64,000 bases of DNA from Alphaproteobacteria bacterium (GCA_050175015.1 JBFXJJ010000013.1:11446-75445), one strand, 5' to 3'. Positions 19,620 through 29,260 are shown, counted from the first letter of the stretch. Numbers and translations are program-made. The notes: generated by a model from the letters alone, not told the origin.

Positions 19620-20502
19620 AGAAGTGGCAGATATTACCAAAATAATATTTGTTACGGGAGAACAGAAAAACGCAGGCAAGACAACTTTTTTAAAACATTT
19701 ATTATTTGAGGCGAGGACAAAGGGCAAAAATTTTGTGGTTTCATCTGTCGGGATTGATGGTGAAAAAACCGATGCCGTTTATGGTAACAGCAAGCCGCAA
19801 ATAGTTTTAGAAAAAGGCGAAATGGTCGTAACTTCAGAAGAGGCAATAAAACTTTCTGAAGGCGATTTTGATATTTTGAATGTTTTTGAAAATAATAAAT
19901 ATCAGCAAAATGAAAGATCCGTTTTAGCAAAAGCCAAGAGATTGAGTGCCATTGAAGTTGTGGCCTCTGGTGATAATTTGGTTTTGTCTGATGTTCTTTC
20001 TGCGATAAAAAAAGATATTGCGCCCGATTTTATTTTTGTTGATGGGGCAGCAGATAGAATTACTCAAGTGGCGTCATCTCAAAATACAGCGTTTTACTAT
20101 GTCGTTAAAATAAGTAATGCTAATTTTTATAGTGCTGTTGATAATATCAAAAAACTAGATGCATTGTCTCGCCTGCCGTTATTTAGAGAGCAAAAAGACG
20201 GCAAAAAAAGGGTTAAGATAGAAGGGGCGCTGACCAGCAATAAAATAAATAAGCTAAAAGATGAAATCGAAGAAATTGTAATAAATGATTTTTCTAAAGT
20301 TTTTTTAAGTTTTGCCGAACTTAAAATCCTTTTAAAAAAGCGGACGGTATCAGTTAATAACCAATATGATTTAAAGTCTTTTATTATTATTGACAGTGAG
20401 ATTTCTAAAGACAAAATAATAAAAGAGTTTCAAAACAAAAACTTATTATCAAAAATAAAGTTTAATCCGTATGAAAATCAAATTTTGGAAGAATATATTT
20501 AA
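19612..20502 (+). CDS. kamB: KamB-like P-loop protein, putative lysine 5,6-aminomutase reactivase subunit
   Basis: KNAGKTT, SVGIDGEKTD, FVDGAADR, IEGALT; position between kamA and the MutS-like gene. Confidence 0.7.
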   Translation: MNKEVADITKIIFVTGEQKNAGKTTFLKHLLFEARTKGKNFVVSSVGIDGEKTDAVYGNSKPQIVLEKGEMVVTSEEAIKLSEGDFDILNVFENNKYQQNERSVLAKAKRLSAIEVVASGDNLVLSDVLSAIKKDIAPDFIFVDGAADRITQVASSQNTAFYYVVKISNANFYSAVDNIKKLDALSRLPLFREQKDGKKRVKIEGALTSNKINKLKDEIEEIVINDFSKVFLSFAELKILLKKRTVSVNNQYDLKSFIIIDSEISKDKIIKEFQNKNLLSKIKFNPYENQILEEYI

Positions 20503-22049
20503 TGGAAAAAATAAAAAAAGTTACCAAATTTGATGTTTTGCTGCAAAAGTTTAGTCCTCTGACACCGCAGGGAAAGAGTGCTAAAAACAATTTAACACTT
20601 ATAAATGATAAAGAGCTTTTGCGGCATATCTATGATGAAACTGAGGCGGCAGTAAAGTTTTCTAATGAAAATGAAGCGGCGGTTGATAAAATAAAGTGGC
20701 ATTTAAAACGTATTCCTAAAATTCCATCATTTGATAGTAAGGTGTTTTCTGCGGTTGATATTTTTCTGTTTAAAAAATTTTTGATTAATACTAAAGCTGT
20801 TTGCCGAAGTTATAACTTTGGTTTTAACTTAAGCGATTTACTAGAGTTTCTAGACCGAGATAATATGGGCGAAGAAACGTTTTATCTAAGTAGTAAATAT
20901 GACAACAAACTAAAAAGTATTCGTGATGAAATTTCTAATGTTGATGTGCTTATAAATGAAAGCAAAAAAAGGACTTTAGAGCTGGCAAAAGAAAAATATG
21001 GGCTTGATTTTGATGGACACGATTTTTTATTAATGCCGTCAGAGTTTGCGTCTAAAGTAAATCAAAATGAACTTAATATCGAATCTTATGATGGTCATAA
21101 AATAATTTTAAAACCCGTTTTTTCTAAGGATTATTTTGAACTTTTAGGAAAACGTTCCGCAAAAATAAAACAAGAAAGAGAGATAGAAAATAAGGTCTTA
21201 AAAACAATTACGTCTCACATAAAGCAAGAAGAAAAAAAGATTTTACAATTAGAAAAAGACGTAACGTCTCTTGATTTAGCCTTGGCTAGGGCTTTTTTAG
21301 TTAAAGAACTAAAATTAACGAGACCCGAAATTGGAGAAATCCGAAGTTACCAGATAAAAGGCGGCAGATTGCTTAGCGTAGAAGATTACTGTGCCGAGCA
21401 AAAACTTAAATACTGGGCTTTAGATTTAGAGACCGATAAGCAGAATATTATGCTCTATGGCTCTAATATGTGTGGCAAGACGGTTGTTTTGCATACTATA
21501 GCTTTTCTTCAACTAACGGCTCAGTTTGGGTTTTTTGTTCCAGCTAAAGTTTTTAAGGCGCCGTTATTTGATAAAATAGCGCTGGTTACTGATTATGATG
21601 ATGGGCAGGAGGGCTTAAGCGCCTTTGGAAGAGAAATAGTTGCTCTTAATGAGGCTGTTTCTGATAAAAATCTTAGAACCTTAATTCTTTTTGATGAATT
21701 TGCTAGAACAACAAACAGTACAGATGCCGTTTCGCTGCTTAATGGTCTTTTAGAATATCTTATTCATAATGCTAATTTTAATGCCTTGTTATCAACCCAT
21801 TATGATTCTATTGCCCGTCATAGTGAAGTCGATTTTTTCCGTATGAAGGGAATAAAGTGGCAGGATTTGGAAAGGGCAGAAATAGATGATAAGGAAAACA
21901 GGATTAATCTTATTCAAAAGTATATTGAATACGTTCCTGAAAAAGATAAATCCAGTGGTTTTTCTGGCGAAGCTTTGAAAATTGCTGAAATTTTAGGTGC
22001 CGATATGTCTTTAATTAACTATGCTAAAAAAGGATTAGGTAATGGCTAA
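20502..22049 (+). CDS. kamC: KamC-like MutS-family ATPase, putative lysine 5,6-aminomutase reactivase
   Basis: PLTPQG N-terminus, GSNMCGKT, GLSAFGRE, LFDEFARTTN, STHY; directly upstream of kamD. Confidence 0.78.
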   Translation: MEKIKKVTKFDVLLQKFSPLTPQGKSAKNNLTLINDKELLRHIYDETEAAVKFSNENEAAVDKIKWHLKRIPKIPSFDSKVFSAVDIFLFKKFLINTKAVCRSYNFGFNLSDLLEFLDRDNMGEETFYLSSKYDNKLKSIRDEISNVDVLINESKKRTLELAKEKYGLDFDGHDFLLMPSEFASKVNQNELNIESYDGHKIILKPVFSKDYFELLGKRSAKIKQEREIENKVLKTITSHIKQEEKKILQLEKDVTSLDLALARAFLVKELKLTRPEIGEIRSYQIKGGRLLSVEDYCAEQKLKYWALDLETDKQNIMLYGSNMCGKTVVLHTIAFLQLTAQFGFFVPAKVFKAPLFDKIALVTDYDDGQEGLSAFGREIVALNEAVSDKNLRTLILFDEFARTTNSTDAVSLLNGLLEYLIHNANFNALLSTHYDSIARHSEVDFFRMKGIKWQDLERAEIDDKENRINLIQKYIEYVPEKDKSSGFSGEALKIAEILGADMSLINYAKKGLGNG

Positions 22050-23592
22050 TATCAACTTACCTCAGGATAAAATAGAATATGCTCGCAAATTAGCGCAGAC
22101 TATCACAAATCCTGTGCAAGAATATATTAAAAAGCATACCACAACGACGGTCGAAAGAGCTACTTTGCGCTTACTTGGGGCAGATGGTGCTGATGAAAAT
22201 GGCATTCCTGTACCTAATTTGGTTGTCGATGCTCAAAGCAGCAATTTAGAATATGGAGCTGCTAGATATTATTTATCGGCGTTAACAAAATTTGATAACA
22301 ATCCTGAAAAGTTAAACGATGCTCTTGCTAAAGGATATGACATTAAGTCTGTGCCTTTATTGGATATGGCAAAGATAAAGGTGGTTGCAGAAGATAGAGT
22401 TATGGCATTTAGCCGTCAAGTTAGTCAAAATGCAGCGTATCGTCAGGAAAAAATTGAGCTTACTAAAGCTAACCAGCCCGAACCTCTTTTATATGTTATT
22501 GTTGCTACAGGAAATATTTATGAAGATGTCAAGCAGGCACAAGCTGCGGCTGAACAAGGTGCTGATATCATAGCGGTTATTAGAACAACCGCCCAAAGTC
22601 TTTTAGACTATGTTCCGTATGGGGCAACAACCGAAGGTTTTGGAGGAACTTATGCGACGCAAGAAAACTTTAAGATTATGAGAGCGGCGTTAGATGATGT
22701 TTCGGCAAAACAAAATCGCTATATCCGTTTGGTTAATTACTGCTCAGGATTATGTATGCCTGAGATTGCGGCAATGGGAGCTTTAGAGCGTCTTGATATG
22801 ATGCTTAACGATTCAATGTATGGTATTTTGTTTCGTGATATTAATATGTATCGGACGTTTGTGGATCAAAACTTTTCTCGTATGATAAATTCTTTTGCTG
22901 GAATAGTTATTAACACAGGCGAAGATAACTACTTAACAACTTCTGATGCTGTGGAATCTGCGCATACGGTTTTAGCTTCACAGCTTTTAAATGAAAGATT
23001 TGCGCTTAATGCGGGGCTTAAAGAAGAGTTTATGGGACTTGGACACGCTTTTGAGATGGATCCCTCACTTAAAGACGGCTTTTTATTTGAGCTGGCTCAA
23101 GCTCAAATGGCAAGAGAAATATTTCCTAAGAGTCCTCTAAAATATATGCCGCCAACGAAACATATGACGGGCGATATTTTTAAAGGGTATATTATGAATG
23201 CGATGTTTAATTTTGTGGCACAGGCAACAGGGCAGTCAATTTTGCTTTTAGGTATGCTTACCGAGGCCATTCATACTCCGTTTATGCAAGACAGGTTTTT
23301 GGCAATTAAAAATGCCAAATATGTTATGAATAATATGAAATCTTTCGGAGATGATATTGTTTTTAAAGACGACGGAATCATTAAAAAAAGAGCCTTTGAG
23401 GTCTTTTATAAAGCAATCGATTTTATGGAAGAAATAGAAAAAATCGGTCTTTTTGAAGCGATAGCCAAAGGACTTTTTGCCGATGTTAAACGCCCTCGTG
23501 ATGGCGGCAAAGGATTTAATGGGGTTGTTCCTAAAGCGCCTGATTATTATAACCCTGTAATGGACTTTTTAGAAAACAAGTTGGAGGTTTGA
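22042..23592 (+). CDS. kamD: Lysine 5,6-aminomutase alpha subunit
   Basis: YVIVATGNIYED, RTTAQSLLDYVP, NYCSGLCMPE, NTGEDNY, KYMPPTK. Confidence 0.96.
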   Translation: MANINLPQDKIEYARKLAQTITNPVQEYIKKHTTTTVERATLRLLGADGADENGIPVPNLVVDAQSSNLEYGAARYYLSALTKFDNNPEKLNDALAKGYDIKSVPLLDMAKIKVVAEDRVMAFSRQVSQNAAYRQEKIELTKANQPEPLLYVIVATGNIYEDVKQAQAAAEQGADIIAVIRTTAQSLLDYVPYGATTEGFGGTYATQENFKIMRAALDDVSAKQNRYIRLVNYCSGLCMPEIAAMGALERLDMMLNDSMYGILFRDINMYRTFVDQNFSRMINSFAGIVINTGEDNYLTTSDAVESAHTVLASQLLNERFALNAGLKEEFMGLGHAFEMDPSLKDGFLFELAQAQMAREIFPKSPLKYMPPTKHMTGDIFKGYIMNAMFNFVAQATGQSILLLGMLTEAIHTPFMQDRFLAIKNAKYVMNNMKSFGDDIVFKDDGIIKKRAFEVFYKAIDFMEEIEKIGLFEAIAKGLFADVKRPRDGGKGFNGVVPKAPDYYNPVMDFLENKLEV

Positions 23593-23593
23593 A

Positions 23594-24322
23594 ATGATAA
23601 TAAAACCTTATGGCGACACTTTAAACGATGGTTCAATTCAGCTTTCTTTCACGCTGCCTGTTGCTAATAATGCTCAAGGGCAGGAAGCCGCAAAACAGCT
23701 TGTTTTAAAACTGGGCTTTGATAGTTGTGAAGTCGTTGATTCTCAGAATCTTTCAGATGATTTTACGATGTTTGTGGCTTATGGCAAAACTTCAAAAAGC
23801 ATCGATTTGGATACGATAAAGGTTGAAGTTGCAACCGAAGAATATTTGAGTTTTGATGAAATTAATGCGTTCATTAAGGCAAAAATAGGGCGCAAAGTTG
23901 TTATCGTCGGCGGCTGTACAGGCTCAGATGCCCATACCGTAGGAATTGACGCTATTATGAATATGAAGGGCTACAATCATCATTATGGACTTGAGCGTTA
24001 TACTATGATTGAAGCCTATAATTTAGGAGCGCAGGTTCCTAATGAAACGATGATAGAGTTTGCTAAAAACAAAAACGCAGATGCGATAATCATCTCTCAA
24101 GTTGTTACTCAGAAAGATGTTCATATCAAAAATTTGACGGAAATGGTCGAGCTTTTGGAGGCAGAAAATTTAAGAGATAGGTTTATTCTTGTTGCAGGAG
24201 GTCCTAGAATAAGTCATAAGTTAGCATTGGAGTTAGGTTATGATGCAGGTTTTGGAAGAGGAACCTATGCCGAGCACGTTGCGACGCACATTATAAAAAC
24301 GATGGAAAATCGTAAAAAATAA
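23594..24322 (+). CDS. kamE: Lysine 5,6-aminomutase beta subunit (B12-binding)
   Basis: KPYGDTLNDG, DAHTVG (DxHxxG), MNMKGY PLP Lys, GGPRI, GYDAGFG. Confidence 0.96.
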   Translation: MIIKPYGDTLNDGSIQLSFTLPVANNAQGQEAAKQLVLKLGFDSCEVVDSQNLSDDFTMFVAYGKTSKSIDLDTIKVEVATEEYLSFDEINAFIKAKIGRKVVIVGGCTGSDAHTVGIDAIMNMKGYNHHYGLERYTMIEAYNLGAQVPNETMIEFAKNKNADAIIISQVVTQKDVHIKNLTEMVELLEAENLRDRFILVAGGPRISHKLALELGYDAGFGRGTYAEHVATHIIKTMENRKK

Positions 24323-24345
24323 AGGAAGAGGTTAAATAAAGTAAA

Positions 24346-25356
24346 ATGAAAATATTAGTAACTGGAACCGCAGGCTTTATAGGCAACCATGTCGCACTAA
24401 AACTTTTGCAACAAGGACACGAGGTAATTGGGCTTGATTGTCTTACCGACTATTATGATGTCAATCTAAAAGAAGCAAGGCTGGAAAGATTAAAAGCTTT
24501 TGCTGGGTTTACAGAAGAAAGAGTTGATTTGGCAGATGCTAAAGAAATTACTCGTATTTTTAAAACTAGAGAACCAGAAAAAATTGTGAACCTCGCCGCT
24601 CAGGCAGGCGTTCGCCATAGTTTAAAAAAGCCTCAAGATTATATTGATTCCAACATAACGGGTTTTCTTAATATTTTGGAAGGCTGTCGTAATTTTGGAA
24701 TTAAGCATTTAGTTTATGCCTCAAGCAGTTCGGTTTATGGTGCGGAAACCGCAATGCCGTTTTCAACCCATCAAAAAGCGGTCCACCCCGTAAGTTTATA
24801 TGCTGCAACTAAACGAGCTAATGAGTTAATGGCTCACTGCTATAGTCATCTTTTTAGGTTCCCGACAACAGGACTTCGTTTTTTTACCGTTTATGGTCCT
24901 TGGGGACGCCCTGATATGGCTCTTTTCTTATTTGCCGATGCCATACTTAAAGACAAGCCGATTGATGTTTTTAACTATGGTAAAATGAAGAGAGATTTTA
25001 CATATATTGATGATATTGTTGATGGCATTATTCGTCTTTTAGATAGACCCGCCGAAGTTAATAATGATTGGGATAGTGATAATCCTGATAATGCAACAAG
25101 CGGCGTTGCTCCTTGGAGAGTATATAATATCGGTAACAGCAAGCCTGTCAGCTTGATGACCTATATCGAAGTTTTAGAAAAAGAACTAGGAAAAACAGCT
25201 CAAAAAAATATGCTTCCTATTCAAGCGGGAGATGTTCCTGCAACTTGGGCAGACGTTGATGATTTGATTAGAGATGCGGAGTATAAACCTGATACTAGTG
25301 TTGAAGTCGGGGTTGCAAACTTTGTTAAATGGTACCGAGACTATTATAAAATTTAG
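24346..25356 (+). CDS. NAD-dependent epimerase, UDP-glucuronate 4-epimerase-like
   Basis: GTAGFIG, LAAQAGVR, YASSSSVYG, YAATK, RFFTVYGPWGRPDM. Confidence 0.9.
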   Translation: MKILVTGTAGFIGNHVALKLLQQGHEVIGLDCLTDYYDVNLKEARLERLKAFAGFTEERVDLADAKEITRIFKTREPEKIVNLAAQAGVRHSLKKPQDYIDSNITGFLNILEGCRNFGIKHLVYASSSSVYGAETAMPFSTHQKAVHPVSLYAATKRANELMAHCYSHLFRFPTTGLRFFTVYGPWGRPDMALFLFADAILKDKPIDVFNYGKMKRDFTYIDDIVDGIIRLLDRPAEVNNDWDSDNPDNATSGVAPWRVYNIGNSKPVSLMTYIEVLEKELGKTAQKNMLPIQAGDVPATWADVDDLIRDAEYKPDTSVEVGVANFVKWYRDYYKI

Positions 25357-25386
25357 AGCTATGCCTATTTAGGTATAAACAAAATC

Positions 25387-25424
25387 AAAAACAGAGGTTT
25401 AAATTTTTAAACCTCTGTTTTTTT
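25387..25424. terminator. Bidirectional intrinsic terminator between the epimerase and PiT genes
   Basis: aaaaacagaggtttaaa / tttaaacctctgttttt long stem between convergent genes. Confidence 0.85.
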
Positions 25425-25455
25425 GTAGCTAAAACATTTTGTTATGTTTTTCTAA

Positions 25456-26940
25456 TTAGTCTTTAACGTGGAACGTTCTAATAACATAAGAAAGTTTCTG
25501 GTTAATAGATTTGTTTGCTAATTTATTTTTCTTAATATTAGGAAGAGGTTTCCAACTTTCAGAAAGAGCAGATAAAGCATCTTTCAACTGCCATTTATGC
25601 TCAAACGTGCTGCCTGATAATTGATAAAGTGTTGCAATATCATCTTCATTAAACCAAGAAAAATCAGTAAGTTTTAGTTTTTTCTCATCAATGTATATAG
25701 GATAAATTTCAGAGCGCTCAATAACTTTGGCAACTTGATCTCTATCCATAGTATTAAAAGAAATAAGTTTTTTTCTAAATTCAACAGCGTTATCAAATTT
25801 CTTATTAACAGCGTTCTTAAGTTGTGCTTTTTTTATGCCGTCAGTTTCCAATTTAGCTAGAACTGGGGCATTAATGTTATAATAAACCTTGTTGTATACA
25901 GCTTGGTTAAAAACATTTTGCAGAAAGAATAAAGATACAAAGCAGATTGATGCTGAAATAACAGGGGTTGTTACCCAGCCGCTGCTGATACGCCCTAAAA
26001 CACGCCAGCTAATACCTTTACCGCCCTTTAAAAGTCCGATACCAATAACAGCGCCAACAACCGCTTGTGAGCTTGAAACAGGAACGAGCGGAATAGTTGG
26101 AAGATTTCTAACTGCAAGCCAGTGTTCCAATCCTTCGGAAGCAAAAAGTAAAAGGACAACCGATTGAGCTACCACAACAACCCAAGCGCCAATTGGAGAT
26201 AGGGGCATAAGTCCGCCGCCAACTGTTACCATAACTCGTTTAGAATATGTGAATACGCCCACAGCGATAGCAAGTGCACCAACGAAGAATAGCTGTTGCA
26301 CGCCCGTTACTTGGAAGGTATCAAAAATCTTAAAGTTAGTAAAAGGAGAAACAGGGACAAAAACACCCATAACGTTTGATATGTTGTTAGCTCCAAGTGC
26401 ATAAGAACCGAAGGCTCCGCCTAGAATTAGTCCTATTCTTGTTAAAGCATCAAGTCTGACTAAATGCAATTTAGAAATAGAAAGTATGATTTTTACTAGT
26501 TTGTATATTGGCATAGCGATTAAGGCTGCGAGTAAAGGACACGCAACCCAAGTACCAAAAATCTTGATTAAAGCTGATAAATCAGTAATAGAACCAGAAA
26601 AAAGGTTCCAGCCGATAATTGCTCCAACAATGGCTTGGGTCGTAGATACAGGTATGCCAAGAGTTGTCATCCAATAAACGGTTATTGCAGCAGCTAACGC
26701 TACCATAAAAGAACCAGCAATAGCATTTACAGAACCTAGTTGTCCTAAAGTGTGTGCTGCACCTGCGCCGCCTACGGTTGCTCCCCATATAACAAAAATG
26801 CTGCATACGATAGCTGCCGTTGAGAATTTGACCATTCTTGTTCCGACAGCTGTTCCGAAAACGTTTGACGCATCATTAGCGCCAAGAGACCAGCCCAAAA
26901 ATAGACCACTGCTTAAAAATACTAAAATTGTAAGAGACAT
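25456..26940 (-). CDS. Inorganic phosphate transporter (PiT family) with soluble C-terminal extension
   Basis: GANDASN and GANNISN signatures; PVSTTQ and PVSSSQ; DUF47 partner upstream. Confidence 0.92.
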   Translation of the reverse strand: MSLTILVFLSSGLFLGWSLGANDASNVFGTAVGTRMVKFSTAAIVCSIFVIWGATVGGAGAAHTLGQLGSVNAIAGSFMVALAAAITVYWMTTLGIPVSTTQAIVGAIIGWNLFSGSITDLSALIKIFGTWVACPLLAALIAMPIYKLVKIILSISKLHLVRLDALTRIGLILGGAFGSYALGANNISNVMGVFVPVSPFTNFKIFDTFQVTGVQQLFFVGALAIAVGVFTYSKRVMVTVGGGLMPLSPIGAWVVVVAQSVVLLLFASEGLEHWLAVRNLPTIPLVPVSSSQAVVGAVIGIGLLKGGKGISWRVLGRISSGWVTTPVISASICFVSLFFLQNVFNQAVYNKVYYNINAPVLAKLETDGIKKAQLKNAVNKKFDNAVEFRKKLISFNTMDRDQVAKVIERSEIYPIYIDEKKLKLTDFSWFNEDDIATLYQLSGSTFEHKWQLKDALSALSESWKPLPNIKKNKLANKSINQKLSYVIRTFHVKD

Positions 26941-26986
26941 TGTTTGTTACACTTTCCCTTTGATTGTTCTGTCTTAAAGAACAAGA

Positions 26987-27652
26987 TTACATATCACGTT
27001 TAATAACATTGATGGCTAACTGATCAGCTATATCTTCAGCATCGTCGGCAATTTGATCAATTAAATCAATAAAATATCTGATGTGCATCTTTGAAGCGAG
27101 AGGAAGATCAGAATCGAAAACTTTTTTCTTTAATTCACTTCCAATTTTATCAGCTTCGTGTTCATAAAACATAACTTTGTGGTTATGGTCTCTTACGGCA
27201 AAGAAATCTCTAAAGAATGCTCGTGATGCTAAAATAGCATTTTCTACACAGTTTGTTACGGCATCGACAAGATTCATCATTTCCATTTTTTCAAGAGGTC
27301 TAAAGTCTGGTTTTTCAATTGTAAAACGAAAACCATTGGCATCGTAGGTGTTAAGAAGATCATCTAAGTTCTCAACTAAAGATAAAACATCAGCTCTAAG
27401 GTCTGGGATTAAATTTTGTTCATAAAGACGGATTTCAATTTTGCGGCGTAATCTATCGCCCCTGCCTTCAATTTTATTTAATTGACCAGCATAAGATAAA
27501 AATTCCTCGTTAACACCATTATCAAGATAAAGGCTGATTGCTTTTCTGAAAACAATACCCGCTTCGGATATGCCATCAAGAAATTCATCAATCTGATTTT
27601 CTAAAACCTTGGTACCTCTAAAAAGTGAAACCGACTTTGTGACAAACTGCAT
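26987..27652 (-). CDS. DUF47 / PhoU-like phosphate transport regulator
   Basis: EGRGDRLRR, EHEADK, IADDAEDIAD; upstream of PiT. Confidence 0.88.
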   Translation of the reverse strand: MQFVTKSVSLFRGTKVLENQIDEFLDGISEAGIVFRKAISLYLDNGVNEEFLSYAGQLNKIEGRGDRLRRKIEIRLYEQNLIPDLRADVLSLVENLDDLLNTYDANGFRFTIEKPDFRPLEKMEMMNLVDAVTNCVENAILASRAFFRDFFAVRDHNHKVMFYEHEADKIGSELKKKVFDSDLPLASKMHIRYFIDLIDQIADDAEDIADQLAINVIKRDM

Positions 27653-27892
27653 TAATCTTCTCCCAAAAAGCCATAAAAAAACCCAGAGTTATAATCGAGT
27701 TATAACACGAAAAAAATGAATATAAAAATTATGATAATTCATTCGACAAACTAACAGAATATCATTTTTTAAAACAATTTCAAGAGGCTTTTTTAGTTAA
27801 AAAAATTAAGGTGACTTTAAGAATATATGCTTTATATTAAAAAAGCTGCAACTAAAAATTAATTATAAAATTAAATATTTCAAGGAGATTTT

Positions 27893-28984
27893 ATGAATAG
27901 TATAAAAAATTTTCTGTCATCAAGATTAGGAATTATTCTTGCGGGCAGTATTATCGGGATAATTGCGGTTCTATTGCAATATTATGGCAATCCTGCAAAT
28001 ATGGGTATTTGTATGGCTTGTTTCGTAAGAGATATTACTGGAGCAACGGGCTTTCATAGAGCCGCGGTTGTTCAATATTTAAGACCAGAAATCCCAGCTT
28101 TGATTTTAGGTGCTTTTTTATCTTCCGTTGTTTTTGGAGAATTTAAATCAAGATCGGGTTCATCTCCAATTCTTCGTTTTGTATTAGGCGCCTGTGCTAT
28201 GATTGGAGCTTTAGTCTTTTTGGGTTGTCCTTGGAGAGCTTTTTTAAGACTAGCTGGCGGCGATTTAAATGCATTATATGGAATAGCAGGTCTTGTAGTT
28301 GGTGTTTTTGTTGGAACTCTTTTCATTAGAAATGGTTACAGCTTAGGGGCTACACAGAAAGCATCAAAAGCATCAGGTTTAGTTATGCCTTTAATAGCAT
28401 TATTTTTATTAGCACTTAGATTTATCTATCCTCCGATTGAAGGAGCTGATAAATCAGGACTTCTTTTCTATTCATTAAAGGGGCCAGGTGCTAGTTTTGC
28501 ACCATTAGCATATTCCGTTTGTGCTGGAATTTTAATTGGTTTTATCTGCCAAAGAAGTCGTTTTTGCACTATGGGTGCCGTTCGTGACTTGTTAATGTTT
28601 AGGCAGGTTCACCTTTTAAGTGCTTTATTAAGTTTTTTAGTTGTTGCATTCGTTGCTAATAACCTTTTAGGTCTTTTTCATATGGGATTTGATGGACAAC
28701 CTGTTGCCCATACCGCTTCATTATGGAACTTCCTTGGAATGGTAGGTTCAGGTTTAGCTTTTGCTTTAGCTGGCGGCTGCCCTGGAAGACAATTAGTTTT
28801 ATCTGCAGAAGGAGATAGTGATGCAGGAGTATTCGTTTTAGGAATGTTTGCTGGAGCGGCTATTTCTCACAATATGATGTTTGCAAGCTCTCCTGCCGGT
28901 GTTGGCGCTTATGGTGTTGCCGCAACGGTTTGTGTGATTGCAATCGGGCTTGTGATTGGTTTAACTAATATAAGAAAGATATAG
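27893..28984 (+). CDS. yedE: YedE-family putative selenium/sulfur transporter
   Basis: GNPANMGICMACF, VVQYLRPEI, GCPWR, QRSRFC, GGCPGRQ; multi-TM. Confidence 0.88.
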   Translation: MNSIKNFLSSRLGIILAGSIIGIIAVLLQYYGNPANMGICMACFVRDITGATGFHRAAVVQYLRPEIPALILGAFLSSVVFGEFKSRSGSSPILRFVLGACAMIGALVFLGCPWRAFLRLAGGDLNALYGIAGLVVGVFVGTLFIRNGYSLGATQKASKASGLVMPLIALFLLALRFIYPPIEGADKSGLLFYSLKGPGASFAPLAYSVCAGILIGFICQRSRFCTMGAVRDLLMFRQVHLLSALLSFLVVAFVANNLLGLFHMGFDGQPVAHTASLWNFLGMVGSGLAFALAGGCPGRQLVLSAEGDSDAGVFVLGMFAGAAISHNMMFASSPAGVGAYGVAATVCVIAIGLVIGLTNIRKI

Positions 28985-28992
28985 GTAATAAA

Positions 28993-29214
28993 ATGACAGA
29001 TGAAATTAATGCAAGAGGTCTTTCTTGTCCTCAACCTGTTTTACTTGCCACAAAAAAAATTAAAGAGGGCAAAGTAAGTGAATTTTCAATTGTTGTTGAT
29101 TGCGGCGTTAGCGATGAAAATGTTGAACGTGCAGCAAAGCATAATGGTTGGAATGTAAAAGACAAAGAACTTAAAGATGATGGTGCTGTTAAGATTACAT
29201 TAGCTAAGTCATAG
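28993..29214 (+). CDS. TusA/SirA/YedF-family sulfur (selenium) carrier
   Basis: ARGLSCPQPV motif; directly downstream of yedE. Confidence 0.88.
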   Translation: MTDEINARGLSCPQPVLLATKKIKEGKVSEFSIVVDCGVSDENVERAAKHNGWNVKDKELKDDGAVKITLAKS

Positions 29215-29260
29215 AAATTAAAAAGTATAGCAATGAATATTTTATTTGCTATATAGTCAT

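Noticed and set aside
20502-22049. DNA mismatch repair MutS or MutS2
   Set aside because: Only 515 aa, no mismatch-recognition or Smr domain, and in the kamC position
27893-29214. Selenocysteine or UGA recoding near yedE
   Set aside because: No in-frame TGA in these ORFs; TGA stops elsewhere (ndk, kdd, kamD) fall at expected protein ends, consistent with the standard code
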